Source: Monocercomonoides exilis PA203 (Eukaryota; Protista; Preaxostyla). Taken from it: 64,000 nucleotides of DNA. A program made the position numbers and the translations under genes. The notes below the pieces were generated by a model. The model searched no databases. It had not been told where the DNA came from and saw nothing but the letters and a program-made list of their open reading frames with translations. Below are positions 51,201 through 64,000 of the stretch, piece by piece (within the stretch, counting starts at the first letter, position 1; every line of letters starts with the position of its first letter). The stretch is from positions 62,001-126,000 of the forward strand of contig LSRY02000014.1 of assembly GCA_001643675.2 (NCBI GenBank), written 5' to 3'.

Positions 51201-52076
51201 TTCTCCAACTTCACACTGCAATGATGAATGAGCACCTTCGTATTCAACTTCCATGTTATTGTCATTTTCATTCGTAAAGGGGAAAATATTGCTCTCTGAA
51301 AATTCATAACTCGAATTTTCTTCAGGAATGAAATGGTTTTTCAGAGGATCATCGTCCTGCTCCATATTCGAATCACTGTTGATGATAGTAAAATCGTCAT
51401 CAAAAGAAACAAAATGATCTTTCTCTGTTTTTTGATTAAAGAAAAGATGTTTAATTTTATCAATTTTAGAAATTGTTCCAAAAATTAGTAATAAAAAAAG
51501 CAGACTTTTTTTCGAATGAGAAATTCGACAGATATTTTCAGACGATTCAGTCGAATTTTCCAATAAAAACTTCTGAAAAACCGCTTCATCTTCACTTGAT
51601 AATTCTAAACATTTATTTATAAAGATAACAAAGAAAAGAAATGAAAATTATTTAAAAAAAAAAAAAAGAAACTTTTCTTTGAAGGTGGAATAGGAGGTTT
51701 TTGTGGAGATCCAATTTCAAAGGAGAGATTGCTGCTGTTCTGTTTTGCGTGGTTGTAGTTGCCGGCCGAACAGCTGAATCCAAACTGCCGCAAATGCGAA
51801 AGAGAGTATTCATGACATACACTCTTTAATAAGGCAACTTTTGTGTGGATGTTTTGTTCGTTGTTATATATGCTGGCAATTCTCATTAAAACGAAATTGT
51901 TTGTATCTGATGAAATAATGCGAATTGTTTGATTATTGATTATAACAAATAATAATAAATTATAACATACCATTAAACATTTTCTGAATTCTTGCTGAAA
52001 TAGCTTTCCCCTTGTTTGTGTGCAGCAGCATGAACTCCAGCAGCTCAGACACTTGGTTGGATGAAATTTTTTCCAT
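48260..52076 (-). CDS. Sola2-like DDD transposase with an in-frame inserted USP (peptidase C19) domain, about 4 introns
   Basis: USP motifs: NYGNTCCLASIIQ, QQEF, two Cys pairs, GHF, WINCNDS. Transposase motifs: SLSTFYK, DLCDLC, DFKEN, CDTGTHFRN, FFCEKHGKCECDGEFG. Extra exons at 52076-51972, 51909-51672, ~51605-51506 and ~48580-48260 splice in frame. The start codon is uncertain. Confidence 0.75.
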
Positions 52077-53274
52077 GTATTGCCAAACAGCGGAACACTT
52101 CTCGCTTTTTCTTGAAGGAGACAAAATAGAAAACTGCATTTATCAATGTGATAAATTGGTAAAAAATTATTTTTGTTCACAAAGAAAAAATGAAGCGATT
52201 AAGGTTATCGCTTCCATAATCTGAATATATATCTCCTTTCTTTTCACAATGGAAAATTTCATGTGAAAAATTTCCTTCAAACAAGCAAATTCAATCCATT
52301 ATTATAATCCCTTCCGTTTTCATTTCTTTTTCTTTTTGATATTTTTTTTTTGATTGCTTTTTTATTCAACTTTCGGCTTCTTCTATAAATTGAAGTTGCA
52401 ATTTCAAAGACGAAGTGTACGCTGTATTGTCATATTGGAAAGACAAAAGCTACTAAAAACTTTGAGTGCTATGCAAAGAAGTTCGTTGATGATTGTGTTG
52501 AAGATTTTCAACATCAGAAACTATTTTTGTTCGTGAATTGCTCTGTGGGTTTGAATCGAATTGATATGAACACTTGACAAAAACAACAAACAATGCAACA
52601 TGCTGTGCATTTATGTGAATGACGGAAATATTTAACGATCGTGCTAACAAAATTTTGAGTGTTCTCTGAGCTTTCATTAATTCGCAATTTTACAGATTTT
52701 TATGGAAAATTAACAATGTTTCACTATTTTTTTAGGAAAGTTCTTTGATTTCAAAAATTTATTTCTATTCATCGTTAAAATTGATTTTTTCAAAATCCAA
52801 ATCAAAGAAAAATCTCAATATATAAATCTTTTTTCAAAACTTTTTTTGAAGTGTGTTCAAACAGAAAAGTTCTTCTTTTGAAGATTGAAATATTCTCTAT
52901 ATTTGTTTTGATATTGTTTTATTCAGGTTATCTTGAAAGTTTGTTCTTTTCAAAATAGAAAATTCCTTGAAGTGTGAATAAATAAGCTAATGCGTCAATA
53001 CATCTGTTTGAATCAGAATCAATAACAATAATAATAATACCATCCTGCTTTTTGATATCTTTTATTTCCCTTCCCCAAATGAAGATTTTTCATCTCATTC
53101 ATTCACTCCTGCTCTTCTTCTTTCTTTCTTTCTCCTTTTCTTTCTTTTCTATCTCTTATTTTTCATCTTTCTCTTCCATTTTTCCTTTTTCTTCCTCTCT
53201 TCCATGCGGCACTAGTGCTGCTTCTTCATTCTCCTTTCTCCTTCTCTTTCTATTTCGACTCCAACGTACACAAT

Positions 53275-55763
53275 TCATCCTTCATCCGTTCCTTCCATTC
53301 CTTCTTCATCAACATTCAACACAATCTGAAGAAGCATGCCAACCTGGTTCTCCATTAAAGATATGAGGAAGCAAAGAGAAGAAGACGGTGAAAGGTGAAA
53401 AGCCATAATACTTATCAACATCATTTCAGCACTTGCAGTTGACAGTTCGGATGTGTCTACGACGAATGCTTTATGCACATTGGCAGCAGTGATGGACAAC
53501 ATATAGAGGCGGCTGCATATTGTGGTGCCTGAGCCAGCTGAAGTGAATGAAAATCACAGATAGTCGTTTCTGAGGGAGCAACAGACGCTGCGAAGATATG
53601 TTGTTGTGCGTTGGGGTGTGATGTGTGGAGGTGTTGCTTGCACCTGGATTATTGCACTTTTGCAAAGCTTTCGGTTCTGCTAGTGATGCAGCTTGAGTCA
53701 CTTGCAGCGTCGGTGGGCACGAAGTCGGGGAGCAAGCGGATCTTTGCAGCGGCAGATGTGAATGCTTTCTCGTTGATCTTCGATCTGTTTGAATTTTCAC
53801 TGCAGATATGGCGATCGCTGCGGTCGAGGCGTGTGGTGGTGAAGCTGGACGATGAAATGATGGAGCGAGGGGTAGCAGTGTGTGTGAGAAGCGGGGGAGA
53901 TGGTGGAGAAGGGACTGTTAAAGGCAGAGGGGCTGAGGATGGGAGATGGGAGATGTGGTTCTGTTGCCTGAGGAGATTGCGCTGGCTGTGCTGTAGGGGA
54001 GAGAAGAGGCAGAGGAAGGAAATGGAAATGAGGAGAAAGGTGGGTATCCGACAGCACACAGAGAGTTTGTGGAGAAAATCAAAGAGAAACAGGGGAAACT
54101 GGAAGAAACGATGTCGCCGCTGGTTGTGGAGGCGCTTGGGCTGAGTGGGCTGAGGTTTGTAAAGGCAGAGGCTGAGGCTGGTGCAAACAAGCAGCATTCA
54201 GAAGAACCAGAATTGTGCAGTTCTTCTCCATCCGATGGAACCCAACTGGAGAACAGGAGGGCAGAAGAAGAAGAGGCAGATGGGTCTTTGGGCATAACTT
54301 TTGATGGAAGTACAGAGGGAGTGAGAAAAGATGAGGAACAAGTGGAAATGTCTGCGAATGGTTTGGAGATGAATGAGGAGCGAGGAAAAGAGGGTGGTTT
54401 GATTGACTTGGAGGAAGAAGTGAAAAAAGAAAGAGATAATAAGGGATTGAGGAAAGGAACACACAACAAAGTATTTCAATACCCTCAAAAGCCAAAGGAA
54501 TATAAAAAAACTGTAAAGAATTTGACTGGGGATGAATTATATGACACATTGGAAAAGCTTGAAAAGTTGCCTGGGTCATTTTGTGAGGAAGAAACGCTGC
54601 CTCTTCTGCAGCCATTGGGAGAACAGAGGGAAGAAGGAGGGGAAGGGAAGAGAGGAGCAGCAAAACATCGTCTTCTTGGTTGGAACAATGACATTCGGAA
54701 TTGTTTGAAAAGACGGAATATGATGAATGAGCATCATCCTTCTCCTTCTTCACCATTATCACCTTCATTTGCCTAAAATGCATTGAATGATGGGAGTCAG
54801 CCTCATTTTTAGCATCTGAGTAGAAGTGCTTCAGTTGTGATGCAGCAAGAAGAATGCAAACAGATTCCTCTATCATCATCATCTGTTTCTTGTTCTTCTT
54901 CACTGCTTTCTGCATCTCCATCCGATTCATCCTCTTAAACAATCCAGCCTTCCTCTGCCTTTGGACTGTATTACACCAACTTCAATTCTTCTTTTTCACC
55001 ATCTTCTTCTTCTTCTTCTTCTTCTTCTTTTTCTTCTTCATTTCCTTTATCTTCTTCCGATTCTTTAATTTCTTCTTCGTCATTTCCTTTTCCACAAGCT
55101 GTACCATCTTCAACTTCATTGTTATATTCTTCTTTAACTCCTTCAATATCATTTTCACTCACTTGATATTGGATCAGATCATCGACCTTCTGATGTGTAT
55201 TTGCTGTTCAATCTGCAGCTCCGCAAAACCGAAAGGAAAATAGCTTCATTCACTTTTCCTAAACTCGGCAGATCAATCGTCAAATGATTCTTCGTTTCAT
55301 TTTTTTTTAACAATTCCGATGGTGAAAAAAGCGATCTATTCAGCATCAGTCTTTTCATATTATCTTCTTCATTGTCTTCTTCAACGCCTTCTTCGATGAA
55401 CATCAAGAATTATGTTGATTTTTTCATATCATTCAACTCCTCTCGAATTCACCAAGAGGCATTTAAATCTGCTGAAATAGGAAACTCAAAAGAAATGTTC
55501 ATTCTGACATAGAATTTCAGCCAGACCTAACACGGCAATGAATTGAGATATTTTGATCCAGAATAGCAGATCAGGAGATATTCATTAAAAGAAGGAGTCG
55601 AATCTAACTTTTTCATTTGGAAGATGAAAGAATTCACCGAAAACATAAAGAACAGGACAGGATAGGATGTTTGGGGCGAATGATTATGAGGATGACCTTC
55701 GACAAATTTCACAACGTCATGTGCCTTCAATGGAATGAGAGGATGATTAAATAAGGAGAACAT
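53275..55763. pseudogene. Cluster of decayed low-complexity gene-family fragments
   Basis: Overlapping broken ORFs on both strands, GC-richer than the flanks, with poly-E tracts. No domain recognised. Confidence 0.35.
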
Positions 55764-56097
55764 AATTTATTTGAAAACAAATAATTGAAGGAAAATTCTA
55801 TTAAAAACGTGGAACGAATATCAGGTTGACATCTGAATCAGAAAGGTGAGGAAATTATAATTTGTAGAAAACCTTCGAATGAGCTTGAAGAAATTATTTT
55901 TGAAGAAAGGAAAACGGATGATTCCATTTAGCAACGAGCTTTATTTTCATTTGATGAAGAAGCCAAATCAAATGGAAAATGACAAAGAAATAATATAACC
56001 TGTGCTGATTTTGGGCTCTTTGAAAGATATGTGATGATATGTGCTTTAGTTGAAAAGAAGATGGAAGCTCATAAATATGAAGTGAAATGGAAAATTA

Positions 56098-57948
56098 TCA
56101 GAATTTGAAGAAATAGTTTTGAAAATTGTGATAAAGTTCATCATTTGTAGTGAATTTTGTATCGACAGCGCTGAATGTGAGAGTCTTTGTGGGAGTGAAA
56201 GTGGAGACGAGAAAAGAGAGAGAGGCATCGCTAAAGGGAGCAACGCATTCGAGAGCACACTCCACTGTGGCACAGGAGCTTTGCTGTGTTTTTCCACAGG
56301 TATCGACATCACTTCCACCATTTGCAACTATTTTGTTCTGGTTGATGATTGGAAGCCAACTGTTGCACACTGCATTGTCAGCTGTTCCTTGATTCCACAC
56401 TCTTTTTGTTGGAGTTGTTGAACCACAATTCTCAAACGGGGATTGGGTGATGGAATTACCATTGAAGAACACATCATTTCCTCTTCCATTTGTTGCTGTG
56501 TTTCCATCAAAGAAGCAGAATGTGATGAATTTGAACCCGCTCGTCCAATCATATGTTCTTGTGCAGCACAGCGCAGCACCTCCGTAGGTAGTTGGATTTT
56601 CGACTTTGTTGTTGATGAATTGGCAATCACTGACTAAAAATTGACTCGGTTTGTTGCTTGGAGGATTTGAAAATGTTAGAGAACCAGCAAAATCACCTCC
56701 AGAATTTGAGATGCACTTACATTTAGTGAGCAGGAATTGACCGTTTGAAGAAAAATCACCAATATAGAAATACCAACCAGTTCCATAAATGCTAGTTATT
56801 TGACAATTTTCCACTCTGTTGTCTGAAAATGAATAAACGGAAGATGATTGCCGACCATCAATGCAAATTGCCCCTCCATGGGCAGCTGTACAATTTGAGA
56901 AATTGGATTCTGTGATATCAATTTTCAACAATCTATCGCAATATAACGCTCCACCATGATTTGTATTTGAGCAATTATTGAATGAGCAAGAAGTGATTGT
57001 GAGATTTGCATTAGTGCAATAAACATAAAGTGCACCGCCAGATGAAGATCCACCATTTGAATCGTTCCATTCGCACCATTCGAAGCGATGGTTATTTGTA
57101 TCAAAAGCAGTCAATCTTCCAGGTTTCACTCTTTGAGATTCAGTTCCTTCATGAACCACAGCAGCATTTGATGAAGAGCGTGTTTGGTGGAGAAAAGAGG
57201 TGTTGAAGGCAGAGAGAGAAGTGAATGGACTGTTGAGATTTGGGAGGATGGCTCCATCGATGGGATTGTGGGTGTGGAGGAAGATGGTTGAGTGGATGGA
57301 AAGGGATGAATGAAGGGAGAAGGAGGGGATTGAATTGGAGTTGATGTTGGTGGAAGAGGAAGTGGAAATGGAAGAAGTGGTTGAGATTAATATATTGAGT
57401 GAATGTGAGGGAAGGGATGGAAGAGATAGAGGGGATTGAGGAGAGGAGATGTTGGAGAAAAGTGTGTTTGAGAGATGGAGATGGAGGTGGATTTGGAGGT
57501 GAGGATGGGATTGGTGATAGATATGGAGAGGGGAAGGGGAAGGGGAAATCGAAGGGGAAGGGGAAGGGGAAGGGGAAGAAAAAGAAGATGATGTGGATGA
57601 GGATGAGGAAGATGAAGGAGAAGAGGAAAGGGAAGGAGATGGAGAAGGGGATGGGGAAGAGAGGGAAGAAGGAGAAAAAAAGGAAGGGCTGGATGAGGGA
57701 GACGAAAGAGGAGAAGAAGGAGTGGGAGATGGAGATGGAGGCAGGGATTGGAGAGTGGGCATCTGAAAGGAGATTTTTTGGGAAGGAGAAAAGGGGGAAA
57801 GAGAAGATGGCAGGTTGAGGGGTGGTGAGGGTGAAGTTTGTGAGGGCGAGGGAGGCATGGGCAGAGAGGAAGAGGGGGCATTGGTGGTGGTTGTTGTTGA
57901 GGGAAGGTGGGTGGATGTGGAAGGTGGAGGAGAAAATTGTGAAAGCAA
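56098..57948 (-). CDS. Parallel beta-helix (GGA[I/L] repeat, Pmp/adhesin-like) surface protein with a Ser/Pro-rich N-terminus, probably truncated
   Basis: Repeated GGALY/GGAI and FxxN motifs (SFNNC, NFSNC, QFINN, FFDGN). Confidence 0.65.
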   Translation of the reverse strand: MLSQFSPPPSTSTHLPSTTTTTNAPSSSLPMPPSPSQTSPSPPLNLPSSLSPFSPSQKISFQMPTLQSLPPSPSPTPSSPLSSPSSSPSFFSPSSLSSPSPSPSPSLSSSPSSSSSSSTSSSFSSPSPSPSPSISPSPSPLHIYHQSHPHLQIHLHLHLSNTLFSNISSPQSPLSLPSLPSHSLNILISTTSSISTSSSTNINSNSIPSFSLHSSLSIHSTIFLHTHNPIDGAILPNLNSPFTSLSAFNTSFLHQTRSSSNAAVVHEGTESQRVKPGRLTAFDTNNHRFEWCEWNDSNGGSSSGGALYVYCTNANLTITSCSFNNCSNTNHGGALYCDRLLKIDITESNFSNCTAAHGGAICIDGRQSSSVYSFSDNRVENCQITSIYGTGWYFYIGDFSSNGQFLLTKCKCISNSGGDFAGSLTFSNPPSNKPSQFLVSDCQFINNKVENPTTYGGAALCCTRTYDWTSGFKFITFCFFDGNTATNGRGNDVFFNGNSITQSPFENCGSTTPTKRVWNQGTADNAVCNSWLPIINQNKIVANGGSDVDTCGKTQQSSCATVECALECVAPFSDASLSFLVSTFTPTKTLTFSAVDTKFTTNDELYHNFQNYFFKF

Positions 57949-60887
57949 ATAACGCTTTCTAGTGATAAAGAATGCGCAGTCAACAAGAGGGATTACGCTG
58001 AGGAAGCTTATTCATAAATAGGTGTTGATGAGTGTGAAATTTGTAAAAGGACAACATATGCAAGTTAAATATTTAACTTGAACATAAAAAACAAATTCTT
58101 TTTCTTTCTTTAAATTTCTGTCACTCTTTTTTATCTTTCCATAAATCAATATTATTTTTGAAACGACGAATTCACAATAAATCTTTAACAAAAGAAATTG
58201 CTTTTGAAGTTAAATTTTTGTCAATTCTAATAATAACTGTCAATTCCTTGCTCACTTTTTCTAAACTCAAATTTTTTTAAATTTTGTGAAAAACTCATTA
58301 AGTTATATTCATTATTTTCAAATAAATTTATATGAAAAAAGCTGTTTGTGCTCATGCATGTGTTTTTGTTACTATTTCTCGAAACTTCAATAAATAACAA
58401 TTTTTGAACAACAAAAAAATATAAAGAGATATCTTTCAATTCATATTTGTTCGTTATATATTGAAATTGCTTAAATGAAGCAAAAACATTTGAAAACCAT
58501 TCTGAAATGTAATTTTTCGAAAAGTTAGACAAAATTGCTTAGACTGTTTCCTAAACAGTCATCTCAAAAATATAAATTCAATGTGCTCTGATAGAGATGA
58601 CTCCTTTGAAAATAGTATCTCCTTGCTGAAAAAAACATCAATAAAAAATCATTTCACTGGATAAAAAGTATTATTTATTTTGCGATCAAGAATAATTATT
58701 GAAAATTACTATCACTTTTTATTTTTGCAAATATTAAGAAAAAATACAGATTTTTGTTTTAACATTTTGGTTTTTATTGATTAAATATGTTGTTTCGTAA
58801 TTCTCATGCATCCGAAAAAAAACAATGAAAAATAATTATTTCAAAAATAATCACCCATATTATTATCATCATCTATTCCAGCTTATTATACAAGATGACG
58901 ACTACCATCAGATATTCATAAATCGATAATATTGATAGATCTTAATCGAGATGGATCCATAGCTGATATACCATATCTCTATTGCATCAGATGGTTTTTT
59001 TTTGCACACAATTGTTCTTTGTCCAAGTTCGAATATTCCTGAAGAGTTAACTTCGATAATTTCTCCTTCTATTGATGAATGGAGTAACAAAAAAAAGAAA
59101 AAAAAATGGATAAACGATATGTGTGATCACTTTTGAAATCATATCATTTTTTGGAGTATGAATAATTATTTAATTCACATTTTTTTGCAAAATGAATTAT
59201 CAAAAAAGCGTATCATGTTTTCAAATTGTTATCTTTCAAATGCACGTTGTCATAGAAAGACAGAGAAGTTCAAATATGTTTTCAATAAAAAACATCAGAT
59301 TGATTTCGAAGTATCTTTGACAAACTATCAATACGAAAATTTAGAAATAAAACATGAAATCATAAAGAATTACCCATATTTCATTTGACGAAACACTTGT
59401 TTCTTTTCTTCCAGAAACATTGGATAGAAAGAAATAAAAGCATTTATTGGAAGAGAGAATGTTATTATTCATTGACTAACGCAGCTTTTGAGCAAACCCA
59501 GAAATTCTGGGATCACTTACTGAATCTTTAATGAGAGGAATTTCATTTATCCCATGCACGATACTCAAACACAATCTTTTGAAATAGTTATATTTTGTGT
59601 TCTGTAATCTGTTTTGAACTCATCTATCGATAACTAACACTCTTCAACTTCTTTGTCATAATGAAAGGCTTTTGCAGATGTCTTTCACCAAGTCATTCAC
59701 TCTGCATTTGCACCATCAATTAAGAAAAATGCCTTTGAAGCTAATTATTTTTTTGATCATATCATTTGGACCGATTTTTTGTAAATTACTGAAATTCTTA
59801 TCCAATCCTTTGCTGTCTGACTCTAACAGATTTGATTTTTTCTAAAGACTAATTAAAAACAAAGCTTTTCGAAAAATGAAAAAAGAAAAAATTTTCATTT
59901 GTTCAAGTGCAAAATGGGCATACTGCAACTAAAAGCACATCAGTTATTTTTCACAATTTATCACCCCAAGAAAAAATTGGAGTTATTTTAGATAATTATT
60001 ATCCATTTGTTATGAAAGCATGAAAAAATAACATAAAAACTTAAAATTGAGTAAGAAAATTTAATAAACAAAAAATATTGATCCAATGATCACTTTGATC
60101 TTAAATTTTCAAATAAAAAATTCTCTCGAAATTAGACTTTCCTGAATAAAAAAAGAGTATTTTTGCAAAGACACCAATCGAATGAATGCAAATATTACAA
60201 AAAAGAGACAAATTTTGAGGATAAAAAATTGAGTGTGTTTGTAACTCTCTAAGTTTCTGCTATTTTTTTCACTTTAAAAAATACTTCATCGTCAATTTAT
60301 CCATTTATTTCAGACATATAAGCTATCCTCAATAAAACTGAAAACTTAAAGAACAGAATAATAGAAATAAATGAATATTATTCGGTTTCATTGATTTCCT
60401 TCAAGTTTCATTATGCCACAAAATGTGAAGAAGAAGAGTGAAAACCTGAAATATTGAATATACTTTTCAATGAAAGTCAAAGAAGATTACAAAATGTTGA
60501 AAAACTTGCAACGATGATGTAGACAAATAGTGACTAAGATATTTCTTCAAAAAAAAGCACATGAAAAAGAAAAATGTGAAGACTGTTAAAATAAAGATAA
60601 GTTTTTTAAGTTAATCAAGTTTGTTCTACTCATTTTTCACTTAGATAATTTTGGTGCAAATAAAAAAGTGAAGCTAATAAAACCAACAAATGTTCTTTTT
60701 TTCCTTTTGATTTTTTGTTGTTTGATTCCATTTCGAAGTTATGGAAAAACTGCTGAAACAAAATAACTAAACTGTTTTATTTTTTGTGAAATGAAAAAAG
60801 AGAAAATTGAAAATAAAGAGCGACAAAATACAATGTGTTTCCTCAAACATTAACAAAATTATCAGAAAATTTCACCGATAATTTTTC

Positions 60888-62250
60888 TTACTTAAATTCT
60901 TTGTTAAGAAAATCAAATGTTTCATAAAAGCTTGCGATGATATCATCATATCCTTTTTCTTCCATCTTTTCAACCATTTTCCTTTTCAACTCTTTTCTTT
61001 TTGCTTCGCAGATTTCATCATTTGTACTTCTTTTCAATCTATTAAAAATCTCCAAAAAGAATAACAAACATTCATGCTCGATTTCTCCATCCAAAGTTGG
61101 ATGTCGGATCTCCTCCAAAAATAGATCAATGATATCTTCCTTCACAAAAGCATCAGTTTCCATGTATCTCTTTTTTGCTGCTCTTTTTAATAAATAAATG
61201 AATTTCCTGCGAATTTCTATATGATTCTCTTTTACTGCTCGAAGCACACGCACAATGCTATCAATGAGCCCAATAAATTCTTCATTCCACAATGCGCACG
61301 ATTCAATGAAAAGTCCCAATGTTATGATCCATCCCTGTGCAATATTTGCTTCATTCATTTCTTCTCTGCTCATTTCCTCTTTTTTCTTCTTCCAATCCAC
61401 ACATTTCACCAGCTCTTCCAGTTCTTTGGCTGATTCTCTTGCAAAATGAAGCTCATTCACAATAACTTCTTCCAAGAATCCATTGGTTAAAAATCTGAAT
61501 ATAAAAAATTGCCAAGCAGATTGATAGGCAAGTTTTGTTAGATTTCTGTGTTTCTGCTAATGCTTGATGATTTCTGTAATTTCCTTCAAATACAGTTCTT
61601 GTTCAACAAACTAATAAAAAAGAAAGGGTAAAAATCAATTATATCAAAATAAAATAGAAATGATCAAACAAGATCTATATCAATGAAATTCAAAGCCATA
61701 AAGATCACTTCCACATCCTTCTGAACTTTCTCGCTTTCCTCTTTGTTCAAAGCAACTTTCAGAAGGCAAGGCAAGCAAATTGAAAGTAATTCTGTTGAAA
61801 TATGTTCACCATTCAGTAAAACAAAACATTCGCAAAGATCAATCAAAAGCTTTGTGTTCTTTTCATCTTTTTTCTTTTCTTCCTTTATCATCTGCTCAAA
61901 TCTTCTTCTCAGTGAATATTCTTTAAAATTCAGGCACCACACATCTTTCATCGCTTTGCAGCATCCAATGCGCTTCTAAACAAAATCGTATTTTGTATCG
62001 AAAGCTTCTCTTCTTCAATCATTTTGTCTATTTTTTCAAACAGCTTTGCCTTAAAAATGAATTTAAATTCATACCCATTCATTTCATCAACCATTTCATT
62101 CATTTCTTCAATTTTCTTTCTTTGTTCATCTTCATTGCAGTGTTCAAATTCACAAAACAATTCTGAAATAAAAAATTAAGAAATACAATCAACAAGAATT
62201 CTGTGAAACAATGATTGCAAACCTGTGAACTTTTTTGAGTTATCTGTCTC
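60888..62250 (-). pseudogene. Second pseudogene of the 'LAYQSAWQFL / VDWK' family
   Basis: Collinear with 7226-8635, with a frameshift at ~61975 and an in-frame TAG at ~61558. Confidence 0.75.
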
Positions 62251-63552
62251 CTATATATATGTATTTTTTTTTAAAAAATTGCACAAGAAAGAAACAATTT
62301 TTATATTTTCATTGAAAGTTTATACGATTGGACAGTAGAAACAGATGTAAATAAAAGCTCAAAAAAGCTTTTAAAAAATGTGCGTTCATACTGCATTTTT
62401 AAGCATTTATGTTTTTTACAAAGGATTATGGAGAAAACAACGCTTTATTATTAATCTTTATTTGTAATGGATTCAATGATCTTCAGATTTGAAAGAACGG
62501 AATTATCCATTCACAGAATGAGAAAACCGTGAGTGAACATTACCTGCCGAACAAGAAAAATTATTTCCTGTGATAACAACAAGAAATAGTGGAATACAAT
62601 ATTTTTGGAATTCTGACCTTTGATTTTTGTCAATTGGATGGCCAAGGGGAATACAGCAATTTTATTAATAACACAAAAGACGTAATGTATGTATTTTTTA
62701 TTGTTCTATTGATTGAGAAGATATTTCCGCTGCATCCTTTCCAACGTCCTGGAATATGAGTAATTATTGTTATGGAGAAAAATTGCTTTAATAATACAAA
62801 TATCGGAATTAGAAGTGAAATTCTGTTTACAGCCATTCTTATGGAAAGACATTTTGTGACGTTTGCTTTGCTGATATGTTGATTTGACTCTCATGTTTTG
62901 AGATAAATTGGATGAAGTCAAAAGAAAGAGAGAATTATGATCTCAACTTTTGCTAGAATTTTGAAAGCTTAACTAATTTTGTGAATGATGAATGAAGAAA
63001 AGTGAGTCAGGAAGAAGAGTCAACCTTTTCACTTGGGGTTATTTGCTCCATTCTTGGGCAATTCGTCTTTACAACTTCAAGATGAACTATTTTGAGAGGG
63101 ATTTTCTTTCTTTTCTGGTCCAGATTCAGGCAGACGATGAAGATTAACTGTCCCAACGAACGATTCTCCATTCTGCGTTGACTTTATTTTACCGGGAAAT
63201 TGCATAAATTCATTAGCCAAAGACTTTCTTATGCAAACAATACTTTCAGCAATCCTTTTTTTGTAGATTCGCTTCTTTTATCCTCGGCATCAGGGCATCC
63301 ATAGAATTTAATGAATATCCTAATGGCATTCTGCAATAGCTCCAATTGCAGCAGAAGAGTTGGACTTATCAATAGAGCCACCACTAAAAATTCCAAATGC
63401 TCCACTTACAATACAATTGATTCAGAACATGCTATCTTTTTATTTTTTTCTGGGATTTCCGTCACAAGCATAGCTTCCATCTTTTCACTTGATTCGCCTT
63501 ATTTGCAAGGCACATCAACACTGAGAATTCTTTTATTATTGTTCATTTTCCA

Positions 63553-63610
63553 CTTCTTCTTCTTCTGCTTCTTCTTCTTCTTCTTCTTCTTCTTCTTCTT
63601 CTTCTTCTTT
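63553..63610. repeat. TTC/GAA microsatellite
   Basis: Visible (TTC)n run. Confidence 0.85.
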
Positions 63611-64000
63611 ATCCTTCTTATCTTCTATTCAAATGGACCTTCCTCATTAACTCATCAATTATATGTCTATCTTCTCTTTGCTTTTCCGCATCCGCATTAG
63701 CGTAGCTTTAATGACTCTTCTCCTATTTATCTCTCTTCAGCTTTTTTGGTGAAAATACATCTTTCTCACCTTCGCACTCTCCTTCTTTAAATATTCTTTA
63801 AAAGCCTCGTATTGCAGAAATTGGGCATCTTCTGTCTTTTCCTATCACCTGAAAACAATTTGCTTTCGGCTTGGACAATTAATCAATAAGAATGCGAATA
63901 TTGTGTTTTTTAAATGTCGATGAAGCTCAATTTGGAATGAATATCTACTCTCTTAAATGAGATTTTTGTTTGGCTAGCACAGTTGAATTCCCTTCGCCTT

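Noticed and set aside
52200-53000. Right-hand TIR for the Sola-USP element
   Set aside because: No convincing inverted match to the 47.9-48.25 kb side could be found by eye.
58880-59750. Possible decayed transposase or gene remnant
   Set aside because: Only short broken frames are present, with no motif convincing enough to name.

Overview
This is AT-rich eukaryotic DNA with short GT-AG introns and the standard genetic code. The gene families and intron style suggest an oxymonad such as Monocercomonoides, which is an inference. A compact housekeeping block at about 9.8-31 kb encodes two CDK-family kinases, a bacterial-type MMPL/RND transporter, a secreted 5'-nucleotidase-like phosphoesterase, Rab-GDI, CCDC130/YJU2B, a DOT1-like methyltransferase and two hypothetical proteins. 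It is flanked by regions rich in transposons and decayed multigene families. Highlight 1: a spliced Sola2-like DDD transposase carries an apparently intact USP (C19) deubiquitinase domain inserted in frame (48260-52076). Highlight 2: an 8.85-kb Merlin (ISXO2/IS1016-like) element has an 8-bp TSD, two tandem transposase genes and a tRNA-like Pol III-type cassette. It hosts a nested pogo element and a second Merlin. The nested Merlin's ~1.2-kb TIRs each contain a captured, intron-retaining host gene fragment plus a variable 30-bp minisatellite. An intron-containing hAT transposase, a hAT-type MITE and several foldback elements are also present. All exon boundaries and motif assignments were made by eye.
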